A stretch of DNA of 33,135 nt, taken from NCBI GenBank assembly GCA_938049125.1, contig CALICR010000154.1, positions 1 through 33,135 of the forward strand, given 5' to 3'. The translations under genes were made by a program, and so were the position numbers. Source of the DNA: an uncultured Clostridia bacterium (GTDB taxonomy: Bacteria; Bacillota; Clostridia; Oscillospirales; Oscillospiraceae). The stretch's first letter is position 1. Each line of letters begins with the position of its first letter. The notes beneath the pieces are model-generated. The model ran no database searches and was not told where the DNA came from. It worked only from the letters and a program-made list of their open reading frames with translations. Positions 33,104 through 33,135 of the stretch are shown in pieces.

Positions 33104-33135
33104 AGATCGGAAGAGCACACGTCTGAACTCCAGTC
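33104..33135. other. Illumina TruSeq adapter sequence at the contig end (assembly artefact)
   Basis: AGATCGGAAGAGCACACGTCTGAACTCCAGTC is identical to the start of the standard TruSeq read-1 adapter. It abuts the end of the window. Confidence 0.95.

Noticed and set aside
29234-33118. 1294-aa ORF on the - strand, the longest ORF in the track
   Set aside because: It is antisense to a + strand frame that has an RBS, a signal peptide, a Big_2 domain and repeated beta-helix motifs. Its own product is R/A/G/V-rich low-complexity sequence, including FRISRFRISR, which is just the reverse reading of the 15-bp repeat. Its N-terminus (MLFRSA) is the reverse complement of the Illumina adapter. It is a GC-driven open antisense frame.
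1-33135. Search by eye for tRNA/rRNA genes, IS elements, integrases, phage genes, toxin-antitoxin pairs or recognisable defence-system genes
   Set aside because: None found. Every sizeable coding region is accounted for by envelope, housekeeping or small-redox genes. No terminal inverted repeats or att-like direct repeats were noticed.

Overview
This is a 33.1-kb contig end from a GC-rich genome with Gram-positive-type signals: AGGAGG-class RBSs, TTGACA-17-TATAAT promoters and hairpin plus T-tract terminators. Gene content suggests Clostridia, but that cannot be proven from the sequence alone. I found no rRNA, tRNA, CRISPR array, transposase or integrase.

Layout:
(i) 1-6.7 kb holds housekeeping and envelope genes. 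These are a MATE-like 3' end, a DUF4015-like glycoside-hydrolase-like protein plus prmA (- strand), lgt, a small coiled-coil protein, and a sugar-1-P nucleotidyltransferase plus phosphohexomutase pair.
(ii) 6.76-25.1 kb is one co-directional cell-envelope glycopolymer locus of about 18 kb. In order it encodes:
- an LtaS/sulfatase-type phosphotransferase
- a YidC-insertase::TagF-type glycerophosphotransferase fusion
- an 85-aa membrane protein
- a LicC-type cytidylyltransferase::CobD/HisC-type PLP enzyme fusion, translationally coupled to an ornithine-cyclodeaminase-family dehydrogenase
- an ABC-2 permease plus an ATPase with an extra C-terminal domain
- a 1299-aa protein with three glycosyltransferase domains and a coiled coil
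- the complete GDP-D-glycero-alpha-D-manno-heptose pathway (hddA, fused hddC-gmhB, gmhA)
- a GT-C-like polytopic membrane protein
(iii) 25.1-28.5 kb holds a GNAT, a DarA/PstA-like c-di-AMP receptor, a Zn-ribbon/4Fe-4S/cupin operon (- strand) and a DUF218/YdcF-like protein.
(iv) 28.5-33.1 kb holds a near-consensus promoter, a cobalamin riboswitch and its terminator, then a 49-aa YezD/DUF2292-like ORF that is too short for the ORF track. After that comes a secreted surface protein of more than 1268 aa, also missing from the track because it runs off the window. The last 32 nt of the window are Illumina adapter.

Most long opposite-strand or alternate-frame ORFs in the track are GC-driven artefacts.

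Best candidates for undescribed biology:
- the FrbH-like cytidylyltransferase/PLP fusion plus OCD-family enzyme, a possible new CDP-activated head-group route
- the YidC::TagF fusion
- the coiled-coil triple glycosyltransferase paired with a Wzt-like ATPase
- the B12-riboswitch-linked giant surface protein, which has a possible transcobalamin-like (DUF4430-like) segment
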